Shown: piece by piece, positions 42,277 through 55,700 of the stretch
Position numbering within the stretch: position 1 is the stretch's first letter
How the letters are laid out: every line of letters begins with the position of its first letter
NCBI RefSeq assembly: GCF_000150275.1
Contig: NW_002060948.1
Location: 3,547,183 to 3,611,182 of the forward strand
Length of the DNA stretch: 64,000 nucleotides
Origin: Trichoplax adhaerens
Lineage: Eukaryota; Animalia; Placozoa
Direction of reading: 5' to 3'
The notes under the pieces: model-generated
What the model was told of the DNA's origin: nothing
The model's input: only the letters and a program-made list of their open reading frames with translations
The model's database searches: none
Position numbers and translations under genes: made by a program

Positions 42277-43392
42277 ATGATTGAAATCATTTGCAACGAT
42301 CGACTTGGCAAGAAAGTACGAGTAAAGTGCAAGTATGTTAGCCAAAATGAATGCTATTCAATAGTACAAATGGATTGCATAGCTAATTATTGTATAATTA
42401 TGGACCTAAAAATCACTGTGTCTCATCAATAAACTTATCATACATATTGAATCTTATATTCTATAGTGAAAATGATACAATTGGTGACTTGAAAAAGCTA
42501 ATAGCGGCGCAAACTGGTACAAAATGGGACAAAATTATGCTTAAGAAATGGTAACATTACTGCCATCGAGTACTTGTAGTGATTTTCGTATAGTGATGCA
42601 CTGTACTTTGAAATGTTGTTGATAGTATAGTATTTTCAGATAAAGCGCACAGCACAAATAGACACTGCTATGAAAGTTGTTAGTTGTTTGACCAGTCTAT
42701 ATATTGATTATCTATTATAGACTAGCAAAATAGGTTAGTAGATCACTTTCGCACATACTCAGTAAGCAGTGTCACGTATTTGAAATGATAGATTGATCCT
42801 AAAGTTGAGCATATTGCCAGACTGACTACGTTAACCCCTTTTCATTGCTATATACGCTCTTTTACTAAATTTCTAGGTATACAATCTATAAGGACCATAT
42901 CACTGTAGGTGATTGTATCTTTTATAATAAACGTAAAATATACGTCTGTAAGAATTACAATATTTCAATGTCAAAATGAGTAAATCTGAAACTTGGTGAA
43001 ATCGTCACTGATGACGTAAATGCAATTTTACTCTACAAGATACAAACACGCCTTAATTGAACCATACAGATTTCCAACCTGTAAGAATTTCAGTTTCTCC
43101 TATAATTGCTTATAAAAATTGACGTAACTGTACGAGTATATCTACACTAGCAGTGTTGACCTGAATAGATTGATCTATTTCCTTATTATAACCGATGAAC
43201 AAGTTTGCATCTGGATTTATTAATTTCTCAGTAATAGTAAAGCTAAACGTTACTACAATAGGATTATTCAGTGTAGACGGCGTCTATATTGCGGTATTTA
43301 CTTGATGATATTTTACGTACGTATTGAGTCCTTAACCTTTGCGCTCAGATGAAATACGCGATGGTATGAATTTGGAACTTTACTATCAGTAG
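42277..43392 (+). CDS. UBL5: Ubiquitin-like protein 5 (Hub1); exons 42277-42332, 42467-42550, 42877-42914, 43349-43392
   Basis: Spliced product [73 protein letters not shown] (73 aa, C-terminal YYQ). Confidence 0.97.
42915..43348 (+). other. U12-type GT-AG intron in UBL5
   Basis: 5' GTATCTTTT, branch TCCTTAAC at 43329-43336 ending 12 nt before the intron end (CAG), no long polypyrimidine tract. Confidence 0.85.
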
Positions 43393-44407
43393 CTGATGAT
43401 ATAATAGCTCCATAGCAATGGCGTCATGAATACTTTCCGGTAATCATTGGATTGTCTCAAGATAGGAACCACCATATTAACAGTAAATTCATCATCCTAT
43501 GCTTCCTTTAAGTTCCTGGTAGGCATCAAAATATGCTAGCATTTTGTGTCTTTAAACATTTATTGAATGCTATCTTGTATTAAATCTTCTACTCTGAAAC
43601 ATGATACCATACTGCGAGATAACCCATCGAACTGTTACATTGTACTGTACGATAGCCTATATTTATGATAATGAAGCGTAATATTGTACTCGATTTGAAT
43701 AATTGTGTCGTTGTTAACATTAGTTTAAATTACGAATAACTTTTTGGTGGACTTGGTGGACCTGCTTTATGAATGAACTATGTGTCATTCGTTGTAAGTC
43801 GATTTAACTCACGGTTAAATTTCTACTCGACATGTATTCACAACATGTTTATATACAATAAAGTTCAATATAATTGCCAGTACATTGTTAACTGGTTTAG
43901 ATTTATTACACCAGGCGATAAAGGAACATTCATTATTCGTATAGCTATTTACAAAAAATAATGAGTGATTAATAATAATATTAAATAGCTTTTACATATT
44001 CATGTTTCACTGCTAATTATCATGTAGGCAAAGTACAAGATGCCATAATTCTATAAAACTAGTCGGCAGTCTAAATTCGGTTGTATCTATGAATTTATGC
44101 AGCAATTGTATTACTAGTATACGCGTATAATAGCTCAGATCGGTGAATTCCTACCGTGAATTGCATGAATAAGCAGCATACGAATGTGGATGTTTAAGAC
44201 ATTTCTAAAACTGTGACGAGTTGTTAAGCCAACAAGACTACAGCTAACGTGATTAGATTATAAAAGTGTTAACATACTAATTGAATTCAACTTATCCATA
44301 GCCCAACCTTAGCCCTACTGTAAATAAACTCTACCGATACTGTATTCTTTCTCGAAAATTCTACAAGACGAATCTTATATCCATCTTGTACAGCAACGAT
44401 ATACCGT

Positions 44408-44894
44408 GCATTTATATAATTTATATATAATGTGAACCATTAGCTGGTAGACAGACTCAATTTTACATGGTTGCGAGCATGTAACCGCCTATACATACAG
44501 CATTTACATAATTTATATATAATGTGAACCATCAGCTGGTAGACAGACTCAATTTTTCATGGTTGCCAGCATGTAATCGCCTGTACATATAGCATTTATA
44601 AAATTTACATATAATGTGCACTATCAGCTGGTAGACACACTCAATTTTATATGGTTGCGAGCATGTAATCGCCTATACTCTACAATGTACATATAGCATT
44701 TATGTAATTTATATATACTGTAATGTGAACCATCAGCTGGTAGATAGACTCAATTCTACATAGTTGCAAACATGTAATCGCCTATACATATAGCATTTAT
44801 ATAATTTATTTATATATAATGTGCACCATCAGCTAGTAGATAGACTCAATTCTACATAGTTGCAAACATATAATCGCCTATACTGTATATATAG
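44408..44894. repeat. Tandem array, 92-bp unit, ~5 copies
   Basis: GCATTTA.. unit starts at 44408, 44500, 44592, 44696 and 44793. Confidence 0.92.
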
Positions 44895-45199
44895 CTCAGT
44901 TGCTAGCTGCCTGTCCAAGTGGATCTCAACGCTGTCGTGAGTACACTGTCAACACATGTACAATATGACTGAATATAAAATTTAAGGTACTGTACGGTAT
45001 ACTGTACTACTGTCGATGGTATGCAGTACTCCATCATACAGTATCAACAAATAGAAGTAATTATATCAGGAATCTTAGCACTTGCTGCGAAGCTGATCAC
45101 TATAGCACACAAATCCTGGCCAACATTGGATGCTAAGCATCTCCAGCTACGAATATTTTAGCTTTCTGCAGACGATTTTCGACTTAGATCAATTCAGCG

Positions 45200-47703
45200 A
45201 TGCCTAAAAATACAATAACTGATTCGATTGTATCTGGTGCAGAAGCCTCCAAGATCGTGATGATACAAGGTAATCAAGAGCAGCTGTAGCTAATCTTGTA
45301 ACATATACAAAAGTAGTGCAGATTTCCGAGATTTCCTACATCCAACTTGATCTCTTAGCAATGACAATCTTGATAAACTGTAGGTACGGTCAATACTGCC
45401 ATAAAATGGATACCTTGATAATTTACTATGGCATCCTTAGTGCTAATAGGAGTCTTATTAGCGTTTACAGTAACGAAATCATTCAAATTTGTAGCATTCA
45501 TTTTACTATCGTACATCGTTCTGCAAATGTCTCTGCAGCGCCAGAATTGAAGCGCTGACATGAATGAGATAGTCCTTCATCAGTATGTAATACCTAGTAG
45601 TACTTACTCTGCTGCTGAAACACTTGCATGGAGTTAACCAGTCATAAAGACAATCGACACTTTTTTAGTGCTCATAGATTATATATTCAGTTCGATATAC
45701 TCATGACATGAAACAGTTGAAGTACAGAGCGGTAAAATTCCGACTTAAACTCAAAATTTACTGTTCCAATGCATAGATAATCTGCAACATAACGGGAGAG
45801 CTTTTCTTAAGGGATATATAGAAAAACTAGTTAAAAGGTGAGTTTGAAAATGTACACAGTGGTTTCTCAGTTAATTATACGGAACATTTTACTGGATACA
45901 GTATAATAAATTGTTAAATAATTTTCGATTAGGGTCGATATTGTGCATATCTTTGTCCTCGATCTAGCGATCGAAAGTTACAAACAGTATTTGACGTCAA
46001 AACGTTACAAGAATAAGTAAGATATAAAAGATTTACCTCCTAAGTAACACCAGTCAATTGTATTTTAAAAATTCTTACCGATATCATCATAAATAAGATC
46101 TTGATATCAACCCTACGATCAATGCTTTAACTACTTGTATATTCACTTTATACTTATATACTGTATATCTAGAATTATATTACATGACGGTTACTCTGAT
46201 GTGGTCGGATGGGATAATAGCGGGTAACTTATCAACGTTATGTTAATCGATTATACATATTGTAAAAAATTATTGTTAAGGTTTTATGCAATATGTATAA
46301 GAACTAGATTAATATCTATCGTTTGTCCCATTGCAGCCAACAAGATTGCATTCGCTGGCAATCACCAGATGGCATCTATCAGCAATTTAATAATGCGCTA
46401 AAGAAAAATAAAAGTAATCACCACGAGCATTGCTACGTATTATTTTACAACTATGCACAGAAACATTACAAAATCCAAATCGTGCAGTAAAGTTGTATAT
46501 AATAACGCTACACCTGATGCAATCTATGCAGAGCTCATAAAGATAGTAAAGTAGTTTATCAACCAATAGCTGACATGGTTTTATTTCTAATAGATATCTC
46601 CAATGCTGCATCGGTAGCTGTTGTAGTCGATTCCTTAAGCCCATTTTTATCGCACAACTCTACTAATCATGTCTGCCTAAGTCTACAACAGCTAATGATG
46701 CCAGATACAAACATTAATCAAGGTAATTCAAAATTTTGAAAAAGACTATAAAAAGTTTGTAGATCTAATGTCTCCAATGTCATCATTCTTTTAAATTACA
46801 AATAATCACTTTTCGCCACTTTTTAGAGGACCTTAAGATAACTCAAATAGTCGCATTACTACATTCTGACCTACACGATGACTATGAAATATCTGCCATG
46901 AAACACATCGCATCAACAACTATTAGCCTTTGTGAAATGAGTATTGAGGACAAGTTAAAATTTGACGATTTAGGTTATAAATCGATCGCTTCATCATTGC
47001 AATAAATAATCACCATTAGGCAGGCAATATTGAAATCTATCTTAATTATACATTGCTTAGAAAATACATTTTATTTCGGCTTATGCAAAACAAATCACAT
47101 CAAGAAATCTGGAAAAATAATAAATAAGGTATTTGCTACATATGTTCAAATAAGGGAAGATATCTAAAAATCGGCATTTCTTGTTGATAACAGTATGTCG
47201 ACATAGTGGTATCTCGTAAAATTTTAATTTTTCTGCCTTTTTCAATATTAGAAAGAAGTTTATGGTATTTATAATGATTTCGTGATTCGGATATTTGAAT
47301 ATCACCAGACTGATATTAAATCTTCTACATTGGATAAAAGTACTTCGGTAAGCAGAAGGCTACATTTGTTCTTATGTATTATAATCATCTGAACCACATA
47401 GTATTCCTGAAACAGAATAATTCTACTAGGTGTAAGTTACTTTACACGTGTCTAAATTAGATACTACGTATCATGTGTTATTTTTAGTCTGATCCAACAG
47501 AAAATCTCACTTTCAACTTAAAGCTAACACAATCAGAAAAACAAGCAAGGTCTCGTTTGAAATTGCCTTATACCTACAGCGATGAACGTAAAGCAGCTGA
47601 ATTAAGTCAGCCTACCGCATCTTCTGGTGGTAAAATATTTTATCAACCAGATGAAGTCGATGACTTTGATGAAGAAGATCCAGATGATGATCTTGACATA
47701 TAA
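45200..47703 (+). CDS. ELP5: Elongator complex protein 5, multi-exon
   Basis: C-terminus PTENLTFNLKLTQSEKQARSRLKLPY...KIFYQPDEVDDFDEEDPDDDLDI* is diagnostic. Internal exons read IILHDGYSDVVGW, VAVVVDSLS, IVALLHSDLH. The start is inferred. Confidence 0.9.
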
Positions 47704-49098
47704 TGCTACCTTATGCAAGACTTGATCTGAAGGTTTTTCTTGACGAATTTGGGTTTTGTCATTTTATCACTGCAGCATTTCTGTCTTTTAAAAAGTTAAC
47801 TGCTAGTTACTGAATTATGTAAATATTTTAATTATTGCGTGCAAATTACGGTACAATTCGCTTCATCCACAGCTTAAAAGCCAATTTTTTAAGCTCATTA
47901 CCAAACGTAAATTGCACAAACTCTTACGGAACCCAATCATTTGAATCACATAGCTGAAAAACGTGTATACTTATAGCACTCTAATGTACTAACCATTGTA
48001 CGTACATTATTCGTTGACTTTTGGAACCCAACTTATTACCATTGAATTGTAACAAATCATTCAGATCCAGCAATACAAATTGATTTTTATGATCATTCAT
48101 ATCGTCCGATACGACAATTAAAGTACTGTAAAAAATTTTTTACTTAATTATAATTGACCATACTCATGGTCAAGACTTTATTGAGATTATCTGGTACATA
48201 TAAGGCTTTCATTTATATTACATCATTTGAATTATGGTTTTTATAAGGTATCCATTGAAAGTCAATATATATTAAACATGAATGTAGGTTCTAAATTTTC
48301 CTACGGCATGTCACATAATTCTATATCAAACAAGATATTGAAAGTTTATACAAGATTTTATATTTAAATAAAGTATCAAGTTTATCTCAACGTAACAGTA
48401 CCATATTTTGTTTTTGGTTCCACACTTTGGTAACTTATTTCAGTACTAAGTAATGTACTAGTGTTACCAATATCTTTCATAAAGTGATCTGGATTTCTTG
48501 CTATATTAAGGAATTATAGTTTCTTGGTATCTGACATTATCAGTTAACGTTAATGAATTAACAGGCATATATAATATCCTCTCAATACATCAATAGCTGT
48601 GCTTGTATCCAAAGAATATTGAACTTGCACTATACTGTACGACTATTCATAAAGCATTATTAAAATATTTTAACCTATATTCCTGCAATTACTTTGCAGT
48701 AACGTAAGTACTTACTTAAATAATAGTAGACCGTAACTGGCAAAATTTACGCACAGGGTAAAAAACACCATTAATCGATCATAAATCTGGATCCATGTAT
48801 CTTATAAAAGATAATTTACAAATTTGCTAAACTATCACTATAGTATTCATTATTACGTTGCAATCTTATTACACGATAAGGTGCAATTTATTTAATTAAT
48901 GTTATTAAAAATTTCAGGGTAACATCATATTTTACACTGCCAAAGTAGATATCTAATTTACAATAAAATCGTAATATAATTATGGATCATCGATAAGGGA
49001 AGATATTACAGTATAATATATACGAATAATAATAGTGATTTAATGAAACAGTGCATAATTTAAAAATACCTCGAACTATTTAAGTTGTATTTTTTTTT

Positions 49099-49895
49099 TT
49101 ATCTGCTCTGTAAATACAATAGTGTTCTCTGCTTTATATCCGCTTCAGCAATAGTCATTGATAAATTATCAAATTCGCGTTTAGGAATTTCATTAGTAAC
49201 AAGTATAAGACTTAAAACTTCAAGAGATTTGGCAGCGTAAGCAGCATATCGAATGATGTCATTTAAAGTATTACTTCGCCGAAACCATCTTTCGATCCTT
49301 TTTCCATTATTAAGCTTAACGGCTAACATAATACGATCTTCATCTTGATCATCTGGTTCTGGTGGTATAGGAATTTGTCGCCATGACTTCTAAATAAAAC
49401 ATTGACAGCCATAAATATGATATCAGCTAGTCAGAAGAATAAAACACTGTATGACGGTAAAGTATAATAAAGTTATAATTTTATCTAGCTTACCGGATCG
49501 CTCGCTCTTCTAGCTAAATGATTTCGTTTAAAAGTCGACGTTGTTGCATTGCTATTGGGAGGATGCGGTCGGAAAATTGGTGTTACTGTTTTAATGTCAA
49601 CTGTGTCTCGGTTACCAATAGAAGGCAATCGTTTATATTTAGATAGAGACGCTGCGGTTGATTCAGGTGCTGGAGGGAAATTAGGCAATGCGGAATCTTG
49701 CGATAGCCCTCGAACTAATGGTTTACTGCTTGATGCAGTTACATAGGTTGATTGAAGCTCTGATTTTGTATTATCAGGAGCGGTATGAGTCCTTTCACTT
49801 GAATGCTGATGATATGAAGGAGACGAAGGAAGGCTAGTAGGTGGAGGTCGTCGCCGTCCCTTTGCTGATTGTGGTCGATTTCTTGTAGAGCTCAT
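49099..49895 (-). CDS. UBXN10: UBX domain-containing protein 10-like; exons 49895-49494 and 49389-49099
   Basis: RPQSAKGR and SLSKYKRLPSI motifs, then C-terminal UBX domain PPEPD...IMLAVKLNNGKRIERWFRRSNTL...TNEIPKREF...TIAEADIKQRTLLYL. Phase-0 GT-AG intron. Confidence 0.82.
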
Positions 49896-52140
49896 TATAG
49901 TTGGCAGCCACAAAATTTATATAATTAAATTGACAACTTTCCAAGATTTGAAGATACCATCACACTCTTTTTATTTTAAGCAATTCTTATAAAATCTGTA
50001 ATCATAAATTAAATGTTTTTGAATGACAATATTACTATCAATAAGATATTTTCATATCATAATACTAGTTCTATCTAATACTTTTATTCAAAATTTAAGT
50101 TTACATCTATGAAATATTTAGTTATAAAATAATAATGATATACCGTAGCTTGCGTTTGTTATTAAAATAGTTTAAGTTCTATGTTATGAGTTACTGCATT
50201 GTAAATTGACCTGGTGCGCTTTTAGATGACTACTACATGGCATGCAGAACTTTCATATAGCAAATATGGCACCGTAATATGAAATTTTGTTAAATACTGT
50301 AGTCATTTAACGATCGCTACAAAAAGCTTCCAAAGTATATTAAACTCAAAGCGTTTCATTTACTCACTTAACCGGATGTCTGTACAGGTATAGAAATACG
50401 AAAGAACACTAAAGTGAATACGTTAGCTTCAAAAGCTGATTATTGCTTTAAAATTTTACGTAACTATCTTAGATAATGATTAAACAACACACTGTACCGT
50501 CATAGTATATATCGCTACACATGCTGTGTATAGCAGAATATTTGCGTTTATCCTAAAAACTATTGCTGCTATCGCACATAACTCTCCCTATACTTCAGTA
50601 ACCGAAAACTTAATATTGTTCTATCTGATATGGACTAAGACAATGCACTCGTTTTATTAATATCTATAGGCTTCCAAATATTATATTGTAGTATTTCATT
50701 GACAATATAGTAATTCTAGTACAAAAATATTAATCCTCGTTATATTGACTTAAACTTGTAGTTCTTATTGAGTTGGAATGGTACCGGTAATTATCGTGCT
50801 TTATCTGATTTATTGAGCACAGATTTATTCTACGCTACTATACGTAGTAGATTTACTCGACTGATTAAATCGTGGTATTGATAACGGAGAATGGAAAATT
50901 AATATTAAGGAGGTATTAGCTATAAACTACCTCATGCTACAAATATAGTATTCGATACCATGCTGTTAATGGCTATTATAACATATTTCATAGGTATTCA
51001 ATCGTATGGAATTAAAACTTCAGTAGTGACCGTAATTTAATCTGATTAACTTTCTCACTTCACCCTCTTCAGTACTACTTTGGAAAATATAGACGGTATA
51101 TAATTATATAGTATACTCGTATACGCCTCTCCAAGAATAGAATGGGAAGTAAAATGCGAATAGCTATGCTTATATCTACAGCATAATGATCATTCACAGT
51201 GACCACTGGCATATTAAGCTTGGCCATATATGCAGTTTAGGAGGAACGTTAATACCCCACTACGCCTAACTTATTGATAGACAGAGTCACAATGATACAT
51301 AATCAACCTATTTTAGTCAACCATAAGATAGGGTATACTCGTCCATATATCTATTTCATATTTAAAAATCATTGACAGTTTATCAATCTCAGTCCGCGAC
51401 TGTATTGCGTATTTTTGTAGTTCATTATCATAATCACAACCGTTCTTTGTATGCCTCTAATATTCGAGATTAGAATTCTCTGTATAAATTGTCCCTACCC
51501 GTCCCCATGCATGTCTAATCTGCGAGTATATAAATAAGTTATAAATACCTTCTTTTTTTCCATTATTTCATTGACAACCTGTACTTCTTTCTTATATTCA
51601 CAGCCAAGAATAAATTTAAATATTCCGATTGGCAAATAATTTTCCTCAAGTCTAGCATACGCGTAAAAGGAAGTTCTTCAATCATTGACCAATATAATCA
51701 ATTCAGATGTCAAGCAAGTACATCCTGGGCTCAATCATGTTGCCTTTGTGGGTGGGTGGAAAATATCACCAATAGAACCAGCAATCGTTGGCTATAACTT
51801 TAATCTTATAGCAACATAAGCTAAAGTTGTAATATGGATATTGACCGTTGTCCAATAAGACTGCAAATAGGGAAAATGGTCAATACAGTAGATTAATTGC
51901 TTCTACAGTATACAGAAATATTCTACCCATATCAAGCAGTCGATGGTATACTATTCCGTGTTGATTGGCCAAAGTATGAGGTTGCTTACTCCGTATGAAT
52001 AACAGTACTCAATCAGTAGTTATGTTGATAGTATTTATTAAGATTCAATTTGAAAATTTGGAAATGGTTTCCCATGATCGTTGATGGCCGTAGTCTGCAC
52101 TCTGCAGGTGCAATGGGAGCCTGGCTGAGAGGCGTCTCCC

Positions 52141-52154
52141 GTTCCTATGACAAC
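52141..52154. promoter_or_regulatory. RFX X-box-like motif in the UBXN10/DDX19 divergent region
   Basis: GTTCCTATGACAAC. Confidence 0.5.
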
Positions 52155-52736
52155 TGGAGTTGACTGGAGCTAGTGGCTAGGATCATTTTTGCATACTGTA
52201 CACAGTGCTGATACGCATGTAGCATTGCACGTTATACTGTACTAGTATGACCAATCGCCACCGAGCTGACTCATCGCTGCAGCAACTCGATCATACAGAA
52301 TCCAGTTCTGCAGCATCACGCATGAGTCATCTCACTGCAACTGCAACATCATCTCAATAGCAGCATTGTAGACGTTTCGGATCGTTTCGGATCGTTACGT
52401 TTGACGTGATGGTACTAACAGTGTTGACCCTGGTGAAAGACTGATGACACACTTTGTATGCCCACTGCAGTACAGTACAGGACAGTAGTGTGCTGTCCAG
52501 TATGCCTACTTTCAAGTGGTCCGTGCCTGGACCGTCACGTCACTTCATTGTGCGACTCACAACGAGCCCGCAACAATTTGAAATCTTGGCCAGCGTGTGT
52601 AAGCCATTTTCCTTCTCACTTCCACCACTGCCAGCTTTCCATTTTATCCACTATAACGTAAGATAGCCTGCCTTGACTGCTGGAGGAATCCAATTTATTC
52701 TATTGCATTCGATAGCCAAGTAGACTGATTCATATC

Positions 52737-55700
52737 ATGGATGATGACTGGGGATTAGCAGCTCGTAAGCAAGATGAACAAGCCAAATCCAACGAGGTAT
52801 CTTCTTGATAAAGCATGATGCATATTTCAAATGCCATCGCAAGACTGTACAAGGCGCTGTTGTCTGCCAATTTTGAAACAATTTAAGCGCGTGATAGTAG
52901 GGGCCATCGCTTACAGGATCATAACACCATGCTAGTCATGGCTGTTATTTTTTTGGAACCTATTTTACCGAAAGGATTTACAGCTGTAGAGTCCAGAATG
53001 CAACCCGATGATAATTTCAATTCGATTCGCTTGTAAAAATCGACTAGGTACCAATAGGGGCCGTGATGATAGGACTAGTCGATGGGAAGATACTGTGTGG
53101 GATATTATTCTAAATTGAAAATAGTCCATGAAGATACCTTACTGTCCATAAACTGTTGTAGTAAAATTGAATTTTTCCCGAGTATAGTATACACTTTACG
53201 TTGATTTCATTCGATCGAGTGGATGTGGATAAGCAGAAGCAGGATACTATCGATCCTTTTGACCAACATTGTCTCTTGTCCAGTGACCGCTACGACGAAT
53301 AAGGCGATTGAAAGCAAGCAGGTAGTTCAAGAGCAGCTGATTTCCGTCTTGTGATAATCGGACAAGATAGCAGCAGATCATGGTGCATCCCTACAAACTC
53401 TCAATCAATATCGTTAAAATGTAGCAGTCTACTTGGGCATGACATCCAACTCTAGACTTTAATTTGCTACTAAAGGCGTGCTACGACCGTGTTCTTGTAA
53501 TAGATGCAGTCGTTGTTAATCGGAACAGTCAAGGCCTTTGACTCAAGGATTCATAATAGTTCGATCGAGATTTCCCTATGGACTTTACATGCAACAGCCA
53601 ATACATGAAATCTACCGCTTATGGATGAATTAGCTCGCACTTTGCTACCATTCATTCAAGTTAAGCGACCTAACTAGTCACCTTCAGGATTTTAAATTAC
53701 TGCCATGTGACTCGAGCATGTTTTTGCCTTCTTGGCCGCCTTGCTTCCGCTGATAACACGCACAAACATTGCACGAGTAGACGCTTAAGATGTTCGCCGG
53801 TACTCGATAGTCAATTCAATGCCTGCCAAATGCCCTCATAGCTGCTCATTTTACGCGGACTGATCGCATCATTTCATTATCAGTAAACAAGATCATCATG
53901 CGATGGAATGACTACAAATGATCCATGAAGGCAATTATCGTAAAATGATTGAGCAAAGAATCGCAGTTAAGTACTACAGAATTCATAGAAACCCTATCCA
54001 CTATGGATGCCAAAATTCGCCACAGACTTTCCAATATTTTCGGCATTTCGTGAAATATGGTAGTGACTTCATTATAGCTGAATTCGTCTCTTCAACGTTA
54101 TGTTTAATAGTTAATCAAGCCGAAAGGAAGGTCACTCAATGGATATCTCGATCATTGACTATGCATTTTACGGTATTTTACCTACGTCGATGTTATCCGA
54201 CTAACCGCGTCTCAATTTTTTTCATTAGTTGTAGTTTGACTAACCCTGGGCAAGATCTAATGTACAGTGTATGCGCCGACACGAATAATGGTCCAATTTT
54301 TTGCAGTGAGCTACGCTTTTAGTCAATGCTTTAGTATGGTTATCCTATTATAACCAAAAGCATTAATATTGAGAGCTCTTGACTTGATTGATCATAACAA
54401 GTACAATCATGAGTCAATAATCTCTAGAGAGCAATATAAAACCAGGCGGCAACATGTGCAGCCGGTCTAGGAGCTACGTTAGTACGTAAGAGTGTGAATT
54501 AGACTTCCTTGAATCCTTACAAGATGCTAAGTAAACCATCCTAGTAGATTGCATTTTGGATGTGTAACATCCATGTCAAAGAGATACAAGTTTGAACCCT
54601 CAACTTGTAAAGAAAGGATAAATCTATAATTGTTAACTGATCATTTAGTCATGCACACCTTACACTGTATCTTACTGTGGTATCGATTATGTCATAATCA
54701 CCACACACATTTTTCAATTGACCCTTGAATAATTAATCCATCCATTCATTTTAATTTTAAGCAAGGTGAAATCAGCTACATAGCAAGAATGATATCTCAT
54801 ACTATTACGTTGTCTTTTTTTTTTAGCAGAAAAAGAAGGCCGATGAACCTACAACCAGCTCGGCTACAGGTGAGTATCTTGCATTGATAGATAGTTTGAT
54901 ATGCAGTAGGTGGAAGGAAAGAGCTAATTGAATTTTATATAACAATGGTAAAAAGCAGGGAAAGATTCAGACACTGCTTCAACCTCTACTGAGGATGATG
55001 CTGGAATTTCATCAGCAGAAATGTCTCTTTTAAATAAAGTTTTACGCTCCAAGCTCGTTAGCACTACTGCTGACATTGAAGTTCAGCGTCAAGATCCAAA
55101 TTCTCCGTTATATTCCGTAAAATCTTTTGAGGAATTAAATTTGTAAGCCACGTAATATCTTTTCAGACCTTTGAAACGGTAACAAAGAACATCATTTAAA
55201 CTAAATGATAACAATTTCAGGGCAGAAGCTGTTCTGAAGGGTGTATACGGCATGGGCTTCAACACTCCATCCAAAATTCAAGAAACCGCTTTGCCACTCC
55301 TTTTAGGAGCCAAGTAAAAGCAATCGAATATCTCTAATTTGTTGACATCATTGGATTGTATTAACTATTTTCTTTGTAAATTGATCCTTCCCAGGCCGTC
55401 GAATATGATTGCACAATCACAGTCGGGAACAGGAAAGACTGCCGCATTTGTATTAACGATGATCAGTCGAATTGATCCAAACAAAGAATATCCTCAGGCA
55501 AAGCAGATTTACTAGTTTCTACTCTTGGATTAACGTGGCGTTCTCATGCTTTCCATATTTTACAATTTAGGCCCTTTGCTTGTCACCAACGTTAGAATTA
55601 GCACAGCAAACGGGTAAAGTTTGTAAACAAATGAGTAAATTCTTAGATATTAAAATAGCAATGGCGACCAGAGGAGAAGAGCATGGTAAATATTATGATC

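Noticed and set aside
43008-43164. Box C/D snoRNA in the UBL5 intron (TGATGA...CTGA)
   Set aside because: The boxes are ~150 nt apart with no clear terminal stem or recognisable rRNA guide.
44408-44894. CRISPR-like or coding repeat
   Set aside because: The entire 92-bp unit is repeated, it is not a multiple of 3, and there is no ORF.
52797-52806. U12-type donor (GTATCTTCTT) for DDX19 intron 1
   Set aside because: Weak match to GTATCCTTT. The acceptor at 54826 has a U2-type poly-T tract and no CCTTAAC branch.
53918-54322. 134-aa ORF in DDX19 intron 1
   Set aside because: No recognisable motif, and the composition resembles non-coding translation.
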